From: Lingula anatina
Lineage: Eukaryota; Animalia; Brachiopoda
DNA length: 64,000 bases
Assembly (NCBI GenBank): GCA_051362555.1
Contig: CM120642.1
Location: 18,848,001 to 18,912,000, forward strand
Direction of reading: 5' to 3'
Part shown: piece by piece, positions 25,538-39,300 of the stretch
Numbering within the stretch: the first letter of the stretch is position 1
Layout of the letters: every line of letters begins with the position of its first letter
The notes under the pieces: model-generated
The model's input: the letters and a program-made list of their open reading frames with translations, nothing else
What the model was told of the DNA's origin: nothing
The model's database searches: none
Program-made: the position numbers and the translations under genes

Positions 25538-27508
25538 ACTCCATAGCTCAGGAGTTGCAATGAAGTGTCCATTTTCATTTTCTTTTTAAAGTTAGGCCAT
25601 AAATAAACTAATATTACTGAGATTGTGAGAAGAACTATATAATCATCTTAATGCAGACAGGGAAAACCTTTACATGTGTACATGTTACATGGGTGCTTGA
25701 CCCCCGGATGTCTCCTGTACTTGGTTTGAGTACAAACTCTGTATTTATTGTCACAGCACACCAAGCTAGGTCAACAACAACACAGTGCCCACTAACCCTT
25801 TGGCACTCATGTGATCATTGACCATGTAAGTGACAAGCTCCTATCATAATAAGTGGACACTGTCCAGTTTACATACTGCCCCATGGTCATTTACCTGGTA
25901 TAATATGAAGGCGTGGCATGTCTACTTGATATCCCCTATATATACACTGGGGTTCATTAAAGTGAGTTGCCTAAGTTGTGAGAGTTGTCAAAATAGATTA
26001 GAAATGGTTTAGTATAAACTATAACCTGTTTGGATTCTTCCAAGATGATGGCAAGGATTTTAGGTCAAAATCAAGCACGTTCTGAAATTGATAACCATTC
26101 TTTACTTCTATATAGATGAAACATCAATACCATGCCACTTACTGGCTATAACAAAACGTGTGCCTGGAAAATTTTTCCAGCCGTCATGTATAAATGAACC
26201 TTTGGACCAATTAATGAACATAATTAATTTTCAGACCAATTAACTTTTTGACTAACGAAGCTGTATACAATTCAAATCAACCCAACATTTCAGGAAACAA
26301 TTACTGAAAGTCATTTCCACTTCAGCCCCTAATCAAATATACTGCCTTTTAATTAATACTTTTTATTAACCTCTATGAATGCTGACACACTTTATTATCG
26401 ATATCAAAAGCAATATGAACAACCTTTGTAGACATGCTAAAACTTCTTAAACAGCTACATATTCAGACCATCATGAACTATGCAATTTCCAAAGGTCTTC
26501 CTTCCATTCACCCCACTCATTAATGAAAGGACATTTTTCCTTCTGGTCTAACTAAAATAGAGATTTCAGGAACCATCCTTGGCAGTCTGCAGTCTTCAAG
26601 CCACAAATCTCACTGACCTTTGGCTTTCACTTTAATCAGAAGATAGCCAGACTTGTAAGAATGCTAGAGCAGGGGGACCCCTGTTGGTAGAAAGCCACCG
26701 CGCCTTGTGTACACTCTGGCAAAAACATCTTCTTTTCCGTTTGTTATTCAAGAAGTGTCATAAAAATCACTTTATGGAAGTCAAAGATAAGTGCGGATTC
26801 CTTCCTGCCCTCTCATTTAAGGTTCTGTATTGCAGTTTGACATGAAAAAACTTCTATCTGATGTACACTTATATCACTTTATTTCTCAGCTCTGTCACAA
26901 ATGTGTATTATATTATGATCGATTATATCTATTTTTATACCATTTCATACTTATATCATTTCTGCCCTCAGTCGAAGCAAGATTAATAATATGCCAACAT
27001 GCAAACTAGAACTTATACAGGAGCATCAACCAGTGTATGTCTCTGCCAGAATGAAGTTATCATACTATCAAACATAATTTTACACAATTTCACCTTCCAG
27101 CGACATGACACGGGATAGAGCAATGGAGCATGATGTCTATTTCAAAAGACAATTGTCACACACATAATATGTGGAGATTACACAGGTCGTGGTGGGATAC
27201 ATTATGTATGACCTCGAGTTTGGAATCTTCCATCCATACACCATCTTAGCAATAAATTTTGTAGTACAAAATGATCTTTAGCACGCAATGTTGTTACTGG
27301 AGTCTGAGGTAGCAGCCTGTGGGGTTTATATTCTCCACAATATATTGAAATATCTGTCTCCTTTTTTTTTGTTGTAATGTATGATCTTTCATCAGTTTTT
27401 ATTTCTACTTGCTTGTACTCTGGTCCCCCTCCCCCTCTCTCACTCTCTCTCAATGCCTGGCATCACAACTCTTACAGTCAAGCTCAGCTACCACAAAAGG
27501 TGCAATGC

Positions 27509-27509
<1 letters not shown>

Positions 27510-27556
<47 letters not shown>
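27510..27556. repeat. (CA)n microsatellite
   Basis: Direct reading. Confidence 0.9.
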
Positions 27557-27559
<3 letters not shown>

Positions 27560-30500
27560 CTACAGGATATCAATAATGATGTTCAAGTGCCACATTCATA
27601 CTTCAACCACATATAATTTTCTGCCTTCTGTTTTTCACAAAAAAATTATATCCGTTTCTTTCTTTATGTCTCACAGCCTATATATATACCAATAGTGAAA
27701 TAAACCCGATAGACTTCCCTTAGTTTAGAAGAACTCCCATGTTGGTAATTACTAGTTATATTCATTTCCGTCCATACAAAAACACCATAGTTTACTTCCA
27801 TTATACCGCCCCCCAAACACTTTAGAGAAAATGGGCAATACAAACCAAATGATTATCTTTATAACATACGAGTGCTGATTTTATCAGTGGTACAATAAAG
27901 CCAAACCTCTTTCCTTTACAAACCTTATGCCATATATTTAGATCTATTTATGTACCATTTACACCAGCACTCTTTAACAATAATATACTCAGAGTCTCTG
28001 CCTACCATTATTCTGCAGTAAAATAATACTTGAGCATTTTGTTAAGGAATGCTGCCCACACAGTCTGATAATGAGTTCCTATACTTTTGTTATGTATCTG
28101 GCAAAGAGACTATTTCTGCTGTGGTAATACACACCCTACTCCAAAAAAAAAAAAGGAATAGGCTTAAAGCACTAAAATACTGACCGAGTAGTCTGTCTGA
28201 TATAACAGCCAATGTTCCAAATGATGATATCGGATAGCAATTAAAATGTGCTCATGGCATAGTAAAGAGATACAAGTTCTCTAGCCGTGCTACGATAATA
28301 GTAAAGCTATAAAAGCAAACTGAGAGGCAGAGGGTAAAATTGTAAACCAATTAGCATGAAACTGCCAAATCATTCAAACATAAGAAAGTAAAAGCTGTCA
28401 GACAGTAAGTAATAGAACACCAAGACTGATAATGGGTTTTCTAAGACTCATCAGATCTATTTTGCACACAGCTGTATATGTATATTTGTGTTTGTTTTAA
28501 TTTGTATTTGCATGTGTGTGTATGTATGCGCACATGCATGCACATGTACAAGTTGAACTCACATTTCTATTAAAAACTTAAAAGTGCTACAACTTCAAAA
28601 GAAAATGTTACACAGATGAAAAAGGCAGGAATACAGAGCAGATGTAAATGAGATCAAAGGAAAAACAATTTATACAATATTTTGATTCCTCTCCTCATGA
28701 TTTATCAACACACCCGTGACCTGTTTGCAGTAAAGATGTCTAAGATGCTGTGAAAACTGTCTGAGAGGTATGATTTTTAAATGTCACAGATAAAAAGTCT
28801 AGTCCCTGAAACACAAATTACATAATACATGCAGACAAAGATACCACTCCAATGCACCATAGTGCTCACAAATAGAATATTCAATTATTTTCTCCTGGGG
28901 GCTCAAACACAAGGATGGTTAAAACCCATGATTCAATACACAGACATCAGGAAAAATAGATTGCCTTTAGAAATGCTATGTTTTGCTTACATAACTGAAG
29001 TGCATTCCAACATGAAATAAAAGATAAATGGTGAATAGATCAAAGCATCCTGTGTGGAGATAGACTAAGGAGGGCTTCACAAGTCTAATAGGTAGTGGTT
29101 CACTTCCGTCCCTGGTCAGCCACATTCTTCTAATATCTTATGACTAACGTCATCTTATAATATTGTATACAGAACCTCCTAGACAGAACAAGCCTGACAT
29201 GTTTATACTTTGAGAGGATGATGTAATACATGAAAACATTTAATATTTCTATCCATGTACAGGCTATAACATAAAGTTAATTGCAATCAAAATGTACATG
29301 CTGTACGGACTTTTTATTAGTGATATCACTCTCCTCTCCACTTCATGCTGTATCTCGGATTAATCTGCCTAATTCTTTGTTTAAAGATGTATCTGTAATG
29401 CACATCTTATTCAGGGTCTAATTTTTTGGCTATGTATCTCTTGATTTTGACTGGGATTAACTGTCAAGATAGGATGAGGAATTTATTATTACATCACCCC
29501 ATTGTAGTGACAGTGTTTTGACTGATAATACTAACAGTCTGGAGAAAAGCCAGGAGAAAAAAAATTCTACAGAAAGTAAAGACCCTGCTAAACTGAGATA
29601 AGTACAATTATCTGGTGCTGCTTTGGCAACATGTCCAAATTTGAAACAAGGCTTTCATTCTGATAAGTCATCTGCGAATTTAGAAGAGTTAAAAAGTCTT
29701 TAGAGAAACCACGAGGATTGGAATACACCTACACATTAATTGTCACAAATCAATTTCAAATTGGGAACAAATGAAGTATTTTATTTAAACCTTTTTAAGC
29801 CAGATTTAAATGTTTCATAACAGATGGAAAATCTAGTACTAGTAGCTAATTCTTTTACCAGAGAGACCATACCAAAATACTTCCTCAAAGCCACAAAAAT
29901 TAATGGACCTCAAATTAAAACCATGCATGTGCCTGTGATGTTACACAAGATGACAGCCCTTAAATCAAGATGAATGTCACATTAAGTGACACATTAAATG
30001 TATGTCATTAACAGACACCAGTGGACTTATCCTGCTGTCTGGTCACCTGGAGTGGTCAGTTCATAATTACAGTGTCTGTGTCCACTTCCTTGGCAGGTTA
30101 ACACTCAGACTGTGTTTTGATTATTATGTGGTCCTCACATGAGGATAAGGATGCATGTGTGGCAGTTTAACCTGAAAATTTTGTCAGGACCTCGTGCAGA
30201 TGGATCTCCACTTGTCTTAGGTATACACCAGATGAAAAGTGGACCTTCAAAAATGCTAAAATTGAAAGGATGAAGGGAGCACACTGTACTGGTCTGGGGG
30301 CAGGGTCTGCAGAATTTTTAAATATTTTTTTAATAATTTCCAGACAAATCCAGAAGACTTTTGTCTTTGTAGCACTTTAAGCTATAGACTCAGTTTAGCT
30401 GGATAATTCTGAGTGTGTATTTTGCTCTCCCCCCCCCCCCCCTCCCCTCCTGCTCCACCCCTCTCTGAGTCTTAAATGAACTCTCAGACTCTTGCATACA

Positions 30501-33500
30501 CAGGCATAAATCATAAACAAGCAAAGCCTTTTGTATATGAAGTGCATTACTGTTCCTGGGATAACCCCATTGAGAGGATATAATCCCCCACTCTTACCTA
30601 GTATTATTCGGCTGGGCCTCAGGTCTAAATGAAGGCTTGTTTCCATTAGAAATGGGTCCACACAACTCAGCATGCCTTTGTCAGCAGGCTGTCTAAGCAC
30701 ATAGGAAGCCAATACAGGGACGACTTAATTTAATCATGTAAAATTTCTACAGGTGGGACAACAGGAGGAATAGATTTTATCCCATTGGTGGGTTAATCTT
30801 GATAAGCCCACCAACCAAGATGGATGAAACTAAGTTCAGCCAACCTATCATCAATGGAAACAGATCTTTTTCTTCAACTGAGCCCTATATCTAACTGAAA
30901 GTGGCAATCACTTATTTGGTATCCATATTCGAGTTGCCATCTTTACATATTGACCCAACTCTGTATACTGTGTTTCAATGTATGCAGTGATGTAACTGAA
31001 GTTGGTTTAGGACTAAGTACTAATACTACTGGCCCACTGCTCCTGGCTGGTTCAAGAAAAGGAGCATTGTAGTGAGGTTCTTCCTAACTTATGTCATTAA
31101 AACCAATTTACAAAGGCATTTAGGGGAGTGCTTCAACCTGTAAGAGAGAGTTAGAGATAGCATGGGGAGGGGAATTCCTCAATGGTATTATATGTGTAAA
31201 TTTGCCAAGCAGTTCTATTCCAAATAGATGTGAGAACTTTTGGACTTGAAACTTTTCCCACAGCAAAGTTGAGGTCACTATTGTTATTTATAACCTAAAA
31301 AGCACTAGGGACTGTAGTGAAAGCTAAAATAAAGTACTTTGATTAGTTCCACTGGCATACATAAATTCAATATCAAAGTTACAAATATTAGTGGCTGGCA
31401 TAAATATAAATTCAATATCAAAATGAAAATATTACTAGTCTCAATGTCAAGAAGTGATACTCTGATAAATAACACAGACTCAGGTTGCATTTTTGGTAAA
31501 GGGTAAAATTCAACAAAGCGTTGAAACTCAGGGTGATCAAATATTTCAATCACCAGTGGAGATACAGGGTGATACAGCCGCAGGTGGTAGCAAGCCATCT
31601 GTGCCAAATATCTGCCAATAGAATCTTCCCTGTACAACATTTTAACAAGATCCCACAGAGACCATTTTCTCTGAGTAATGCTGCAGCTGTTACATAGCAA
31701 AATATAACCACTTATGACAATGGAAAATGTTTACTAGTATATACTTCAGTTATTGATCTATTGTCTTACTGTGTTGCTTTGCTCTTTCCCATAAATGTGT
31801 GTTGACCTAAAACTTCATTAGCCTGAATTTTAAAAAGAAAAATTAAATGTAAGATTGCCTTAAATTGGTAGGTTCAGGTGAGATTCAAACTCTGTTTTTA
31901 ATTTATTTCTGCTCTCCAAATCCTCTATTTCAGGGCATTTCAAATAAAACGCCATAAAATATATTTTGCAGAAGTACCATTTTTATTCTCCAATCATATT
32001 CTTGAGATATATAAAACAATGAGGTTCAAACTGCCTAAAATCCACACTTGCTGGCTATCATTCTTAGCCTGAGAATAATGACTTAAAGGCAAGAGCAATT
32101 TCCCACTTATGTAATTTTTCTTTAACTTTTTTTTTCCTCAACTTCATACGGGCACATTAACCCAAAAATGCTTGTGTTAACCATCTTTGGGTCTTTTGTA
32201 GCACAATTGAGGTGTCACGTTTAAAATTCACTGTCAACTACAGCCCACCACAGGAGGCCTATAATTTTCTGATTTCAGACATTTTGAATTTTTGAATGAG
32301 TAAGCTTGTCACACATTCTGATTACGGAAGAAGAAAAATGGGAGCTTCTTACACTGGTAGATATTATGCAAAGCAATATCATAATTATGTTTACCCTAAA
32401 TTCATCATGTCTTATAATAGCTATATGTGAATGTTATCACATATATTTTTTGAAATTACAACAACTATACCACCACCTAACCAACAAAGACGGTACAATC
32501 AATAAGACGGGAGTTTGCCATTTCCTTTTGAACAGAAAATTTTACTTTTTTCCCACCATGATCAGAGATAAATACCATCAATGGCTGCATTATTTCTTTT
32601 TTAATATCTACCATGAGTTCAAATTGACTTTATTACTTGAATGGCCACAGAGCAGATGACAGATTCAACACATTCAACTAAAATGCATACCCTGAGCCTG
32701 CAGAAGAGGGTACACCCTTTTTAATGTAATCCTACAGAGATAAGGTTATCAAGAGGAGGATGGCCATGTATAATTTGAATCTAGAAGATGAACCAAGATA
32801 AAATACATGAACTGTTTGCAACCAAATGGAAACCACATCAAAGTAGGGGTGCTTTTGTCAACTGCACTTGAGTCCACTGGGTTAACAATGACAAGACATT
32901 TTTTTCTACAATTTTGGTTCTTTGCCACAATAGCCTACGTAAACCAACCAACAAGGGCCTATAACCCGGTACCTGATATACATTTTAAAAAATGTCTCAC
33001 ATCTTTGTAACAGTTATTAGTAAGCTTTTTCCCCTGCAAACATGATCACTTATGAACTTAATCATCTCACAAAATGAAGTCGCATCTGATTTTAAAAAGT
33101 CTCCATTCATTCATCAGTATGACAATTGAATCATACAATGATATAACCCCATTCAGTTTCATAAGTAAGACATTTTTTTTGTATTAAAGGAATTTCAATA
33201 TCACATAAATTATTTGATACTTAAAATAAGTATCCATCCATATCACAGATCATAAATGTGAAACTCGGAGTAAAAACATGTATATTTTACAGACAAGAGC
33301 TGTAGGTTTCTATCTACACACACACTCTAACAGTAACTGTATTCTACTGTCACTAGTTGAGAAACACTTAAAATTACCACGTGTCACTGCATTTGCTTGA
33401 GCTTCTTTTCTTAAGAACATAGTATTGATAAAACCACCATCAAAGGCCCAGGTGTGAAATCTAAAGAACAGCAATTTAGCAGGCATAATGAGAAATGTGA

Positions 33501-34987
33501 GAAATTATATCGGGCCAATTAACACAAATTCTGCCTTTCCTGTCTGTCAGGAAATTGGCAGTGTTCATCCAGACAGCTCTTAGAACTAACGTCAACTAAC
33601 TGTTCTACTGCCCTAAATCTGGGTTGGTCTGAAAATATTAACTACCCCACTGGTAAAATTTTGTGAGGAAAGTATTGGAAATGGATTTCTACAGAAAAAA
33701 TTTGGTAAGTTCTACAGCTTATATGGAGCAGATAGGTGCTCCAGTTCAGCAATGCACTAGCTGTAAGTAAACTTACTGACCTTACACACAGAAAAAAAAG
33801 TCTAATTAAAAAAGAGAAATATCTGGACCTTTGATCATGTTCATCACTGTAGAATGAATGCTTTGTTTTGCAGATCAATAAACGTAGTAAATCAAAAAGT
33901 CAACATAAAGTGTACCCGCGGCACCAGCTGACCTCGTTTCTTTTCTTCCCCTGCCCCACGGCTCTGGTTTTCTTGTGTTGTGAAAACAGACACTCTTGTT
34001 CGCCATTATTTTCACAGCACAAAAAGGGTCCCAACGCACACACAATACTGTCTCGTACAGGGTTGTTCAGTAATCCATTACCCATTCTGATGACTAATCC
34101 ATAGACGCGAATGTAAATAATGGGACTAGGGAACAAGTGCATCGTTATCGTTAAATTTTCAACAATTATTAGTAATTTTGTTTGTCTTTCAATGTCCTAT
34201 TTTTGACTCCATTCTTTTTGGGTAGGAGCAAGGATCTTAGACTGGTAAATTTGTTACAGTTTCACATTAAAGGTTATGGGGAATACCTATCTTGTTTAAA
34301 TCTAGGACCAACAGTTAACAAAGTGACAGGTGTACTGTGTGTCTACATTGCCCTGAGCTGGCAGCAACAGAAGTTTATTTGCTAGCTGTTTTATTGTCCC
34401 TAAACTGAAATATACCAGATCAACATGACCGCAGTATGAAACTGCTTTAACCTTGTGTTTCTCTTTTGGTCTTGTTTTCAAGTTTTATACCATGTCAATC
34501 ATTTTCAGTAAGCTTACAAATTCATATAAAGGTCAGCAGTGTCCCATATAAGGTTCAACACTTATGTCTACCGTATCAAACATTTATACCGAGTAAACTG
34601 AAAACGATACTACAGACGCCGCTTAGGTGGGCAGAAATATAGACAATGAGATCGATTTGAGGCAAAGGCCATTCTGACACTTTCGAGGCAGTCACTAACT
34701 TTATAATTATTATATATTTAAAATATATATATACATCCCTAGATGAACGTTTCAGTGAGGCTAGACGTCGTCTGTGTAACATGACTATTTTAGATATGTA
34801 AGCTTAGCATGAGTCTTTACATGAGTCAAAGATAATAGTATCAACACTTAGTAGAATATGAAAGCCGAAACAGCTCGAAGAAGCACGTTGAACCTGCATA
34901 GACTTGCTGGCAAGCCACGCTTTCATGACTTACGCCGCTTTAACTACAGCTAAATCTTTATCATTAAAACCAGGTAATGGTACTTAC

Positions 34988-35090
34988 ACAAGCACCCTTC
35001 GTCCTCGTCAAATTAGATCCACAGTGAGCTCTATCCATTAATAAAACTGTGCTCGACTGTAGTTCTCTTCTTCCATGCAAGACAACAATG
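34988..35090 (-). other. ANKRD50: Candidate first (non-coding) exon of ANKRD50
   Basis: Minus-strand donor TGT|gtaagt (acttac at 34982-34987) about 100 nt from a dense promoter-motif cluster. The TSS is approximate. Confidence 0.5.
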
Positions 35091-35094
35091 TTTA

Positions 35095-35155
35095 GGGGCG
35101 GAGCTATGACGTCACGGACCGTCCACTTCCGGAATAAGTGCCCGATGATTGACAG
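35095..35155. promoter_or_regulatory. Promoter motif cluster: GC-box, CRE, ETS, PBX/MEIS
   Basis: GGGGCGGAGC 35095-35104, TGACGTCA 35107-35114, CACTTCCGG 35124-35132 and TGATTGACAG 35146-35155: four consensus sites in 61 bp of a locally CpG-rich patch. Confidence 0.7.
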
Positions 35156-36199
35156 GTATGGGTGTCTTTGATTTTCTCATCCCACGTAAAGTGTGAATTA
35201 TCATTTAAGAAATAAGGATGGTGACACCAACGCCCAACGTATTGTTTAGAGAGTGATGTATAATAAGACTTATATACTATAGTACGTGTATAACCTGTTT
35301 AAAACACCATTTCGTCTCCACAAAAATTACCTAAAAGCTCATTTATTATTAGCACTGTGAAATTGGATGAAATTACCAATGTATTGAAATTCATCAATGG
35401 AAAAAAATTCTTTTAAAAATACATGACGCCCCTTTGATAAGCGGATACGGGAAACGAAAAAGAGTTGCGAAGATTTACATTGTACTAATTAGGATGTGGG
35501 GACTTGAATAGTGAAACGATCTTTATCTGATATATTCATTAACATTATCAGCATTTCAGATAGATCTTTTCATATAAAATTTAAAAAAAAATTAACTAAC
35601 CAAAGTTGCTTTCATTTCGGGTATTGTGTGGGTAGAGCAGTTCTTCTTCATATCTTTCTGGAGATGAAAAAATTAGGGGAAAGGAGGCAAAAAAAAAAAA
35701 AAAAAAGAAAATGAACTAGGTTAGGAGTGGTGCTCTTTTAAAAAAAAGTAAATAGACATATCAGGCAGTATAAAAGGATTTCCGATTGGTGCATAGATCT
35801 AAGTTACAACAAAAAAGCTAATACACGTTCTTGGTAACATTACTCATTTTTATTCCCCTACGGGAATTTCCTATTTGACATAAAGGATGTTCTATATAGT
35901 GTCCCTCAAAATCATGTAACATTCATATAAAACCCCATCTCTAGACCTAAACGACGCCCTATAGGAAATTTTCGTAAGGGTTTATTTCCTATCCAAAATC
36001 GAGAAATGGCATATGCGTTACCAGTTTAGAAACGTGAAGATTAAATAGCTAAATTCAACTAATGAAAAAAGAACTTATAATTACGTTTCGAATTTTAAGA
36101 CCAATCATCTGGTAAGAGTTAAGTATAGATTGTGTTAGATGTGCTTGCAGGCCCAATCCAGTGCACAGCTAACACAGTGGTGTTCTCTGCATTGTTCTT

Positions 36200-36273
36200 A
36201 TTGGTGGGTCAGTCTTATGACCTTTGACCTATATATCTAGGCCACTAGCCTGTCAACAAAAAGAAAACACGTG
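36200..36273 (+). promoter_or_regulatory. Proximal promoter of the SelJ-like gene: inverted CCAAT, perfect DR1, TATA-like, E-box
   Basis: ATTGG at 36200, TGACCTTTGACCT 36218-36230, TATATAT immediately after, CACGTG 36268-36273; ATG at 36318. Confidence 0.5.
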
Positions 36274-36317
36274 TGTTGAAGTGAACAGTACAAAAGGTTG
36301 GGTTTTTAAGCTGAGTC

Positions 36318-39300
36318 ATGGCGTCTTTGACAGTAAAACAGAGAGCAGTAGGAGCTATTGTCGGTAGCCTTGTGGCTGATGCAGCCGGTAGGAGACTCAG
36401 TTAATTATAACATTTATGAATTTACTGTAATTTTTCATTATAGTTTTAATTAAAAGATCTCTCTATACCCTGAGTTTGAGAGTTTAAAGAGTTAAACCGT
36501 CTGTACCGGTAAAGCATCGGCGTTTGATGATGTATATATGTGTTTTATTTCCAGTAATTTAATAACCATGCATTTCCTTATCCAAAATATTTTTTATGTT
36601 TAACTTTTACTTCCTTATTTCTATAACAGAATAGTATAACAAATACCTTTTTATTAAAATTGGAATTGTGGAGCTAAATATTAAGATGTATAATACTGGC
36701 AATGTAATCATGAAGCTATGTAATATGTTTCACCCCTAGTTTCAGAGGACACCAGAAACACATGCATGTACATTGTCTGTACTATCAGCATGCCTTTAAC
36801 TGTCCTTGAGAATGGGGTGTCTAAAGTAGAATAAAGTAGAAATTATCGAGGAATCTCAACTCTTATTATCTGGCCAACTAATAATAACTTCATGTACATG
36901 TATCTGTCAATGTTAGGCCAACCCATCCATTGGATTTATAACACTGAAGTGCTAGACAAGGCACTACAAGGCAGAACACACCCTGAGTTCATAGAGGAAA
37001 GTCACTGTCCTTTCTATAAGCAGCCAACTGGGAGATTCACATGCTATGGCGACCAAGCACTGGTGGTGCTGGAATCTTTGGCAGCTTGTAAAGGTGATTT
37101 ATTTCCAAAACTTGTTTTTTTTTCAAGTTTTGCCTCATTTTTTTACTTCTTAATTTTAAAAATCAATTCACGTGTATCAGAAGAAAATAATTTTTGAAGT
37201 GATAATTAAAACCAGTTTCATGGGTTAAACAATACCAGTAGGCATGTTTTGTAATCATTTAATCAATGTAGATGCTTTCATTACACTTATACCAGTGTAA
37301 GAATGAGTTAAGCTACACCACTTACCAGCATGAGTCGATCATCTGTCCTAATATACTAGTAACAGGTAAAATACAGGTTTGAGTTAAATGTGAAATAAAT
37401 GGGTTTCACATTCAAATGACTTTGACATACAAATGCATTTCACATAAAAATGGGTGCAAAAGTTATCCCGACTTTCACTATAAATAGGGGAAATAGTGGG
37501 AAAATATTTGACAAAATCAAGGTCTTGTTATTACTAATATTTATGCAAAAGGGGGTAATGTCCACTTTTATTTAAATCCTGATTCAGAAGAGTGGATTAT
37601 AGGAAAGCGGATGTTTAAATGGCCAGTAAGCTGAAAAGTTAAGGACACAGACTTATGAGCTATTTTAGCAAGTATGGTTTTATAATTAAACTTTGTTTGT
37701 TACTCTGTTATCTTATTTTATTTTTGCAATGTATTTCTTTCAAGGGTTCAATAAGGATGATTACAAGAAACGTCTCATGGACACTTTTGGACCAACTTCT
37801 CCTTACGAGCCCAAACTAGGCCGCCAGCCAACGAGGGAAGACTTACCAATTGATGGACCATGGAGGAATGGCTCTATCAAGGAATTTATTAAAAATTACC
37901 AGGAAGGAAAAGAGAAAACTGGAAAGGAGAAAGATCCACAGGTAGAAATATAGCCATGTAATTTATATATGTTGATTCATTTTTATTTATGTTTTCATCT
38001 TCATATACTCCACTCATGCTCTGTTAAAAATTAATTTAATCATACATAAAACAACATGTCTGTTTGCCACTGTAGATTATGGAAGATGTATCATAAAGGA
38101 TGTGTTAGGAAAATGTTATGATACACACCGTATTCCATTATCGAATAATGCTGAAATGATGACTCATAATGCTATGCTTTTTATTAGTGAATTTTTAAAA
38201 CCTGTTTGAAAAAAATATGTACTATTTTAGACAATTAAGACTTTAATGAGAATAGCTATCTAATGTAAACCATATGTGTGTTTGTGTCATCACCACATTA
38301 ATTTTTTTTTAATATCTTAACAAGGATATGGGGGGGGGGGGGGCACAAAAAACATTTTCGAAGGACGTGGGTTCATTTTCAGTAAAAAGGGACCTTTTTA
38401 TAGGAACCTGTTATTCCTAAAGTATTTTCAATCCAATTTGACTCAGAACCTAACTTTTCCAGCCAAAAATATGGTTTAGTAACCCCCCTCTGAACCTCCC
38501 TTTCCTTATATATATGGCCTGGAAAATAATGAAAATGTAGATGAGGATAATTGTACTATAAAATAAGAGGACAGGATTCAAAATTACTTGGTGTTGTCTC
38601 ATTTAGATTCTCATAACCCGAAAAAAAAATTATTTTATTTATTCTTTTTTTTTGGGGGGGGGGGAGGAGAAAATTGAGTACTGGGGGGGAAGGGCATGCC
38701 AGATGTGTGCTACCATTGATCTGCCATTGGTGCTCTCATAGCATTACATAATCAGGACAAAGCATTATTGGCATGCACGTCTACAGTTCCTTATGTCTAA
38801 TATTTCTGAAACAACACAGCCTTTTACTCATAGCAGATAAAACAATCATTCTATCAAAACGCCCACAATACTGAGAACATGTATTGATTTCTTGTGTAAG
38901 TAGATTTAGTTGTGTGATTTGATATAAAAATCTATGAAAATATGGATATCATTTGTGAATAAAATCTATGAAGTGATCTCAAGCTAAGCAGAAAGTCTAT
39001 ATATACCAGTAGTCTGTATGTACTTCAAATTTACATCTTATGGCAAACACAACACTTTGTATACGTGTAGGTACAAGTACATGTACCAGTACATGAATAT
39101 AAATAGCATAGCCTAAAAACATTGACTTAAATGTCATATTTTCTATTTTAATAAAGTTTATAGCAGGGATGTAAATGATTTTCTTCACATACTGAACAAA
39201 GGGGGAAAAAGTATATTAGTAATGAACCATGTAAGTAGCCCATTGTCTAGTGACAATATGTCACAGGATTTTGAGCAGAATAGGGTCAGAAACACAGTTA

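Noticed and set aside
30530-30725. SINE-like GC-richer segment
   Set aside because: No A/B box, tail or second copy identifiable in the window.
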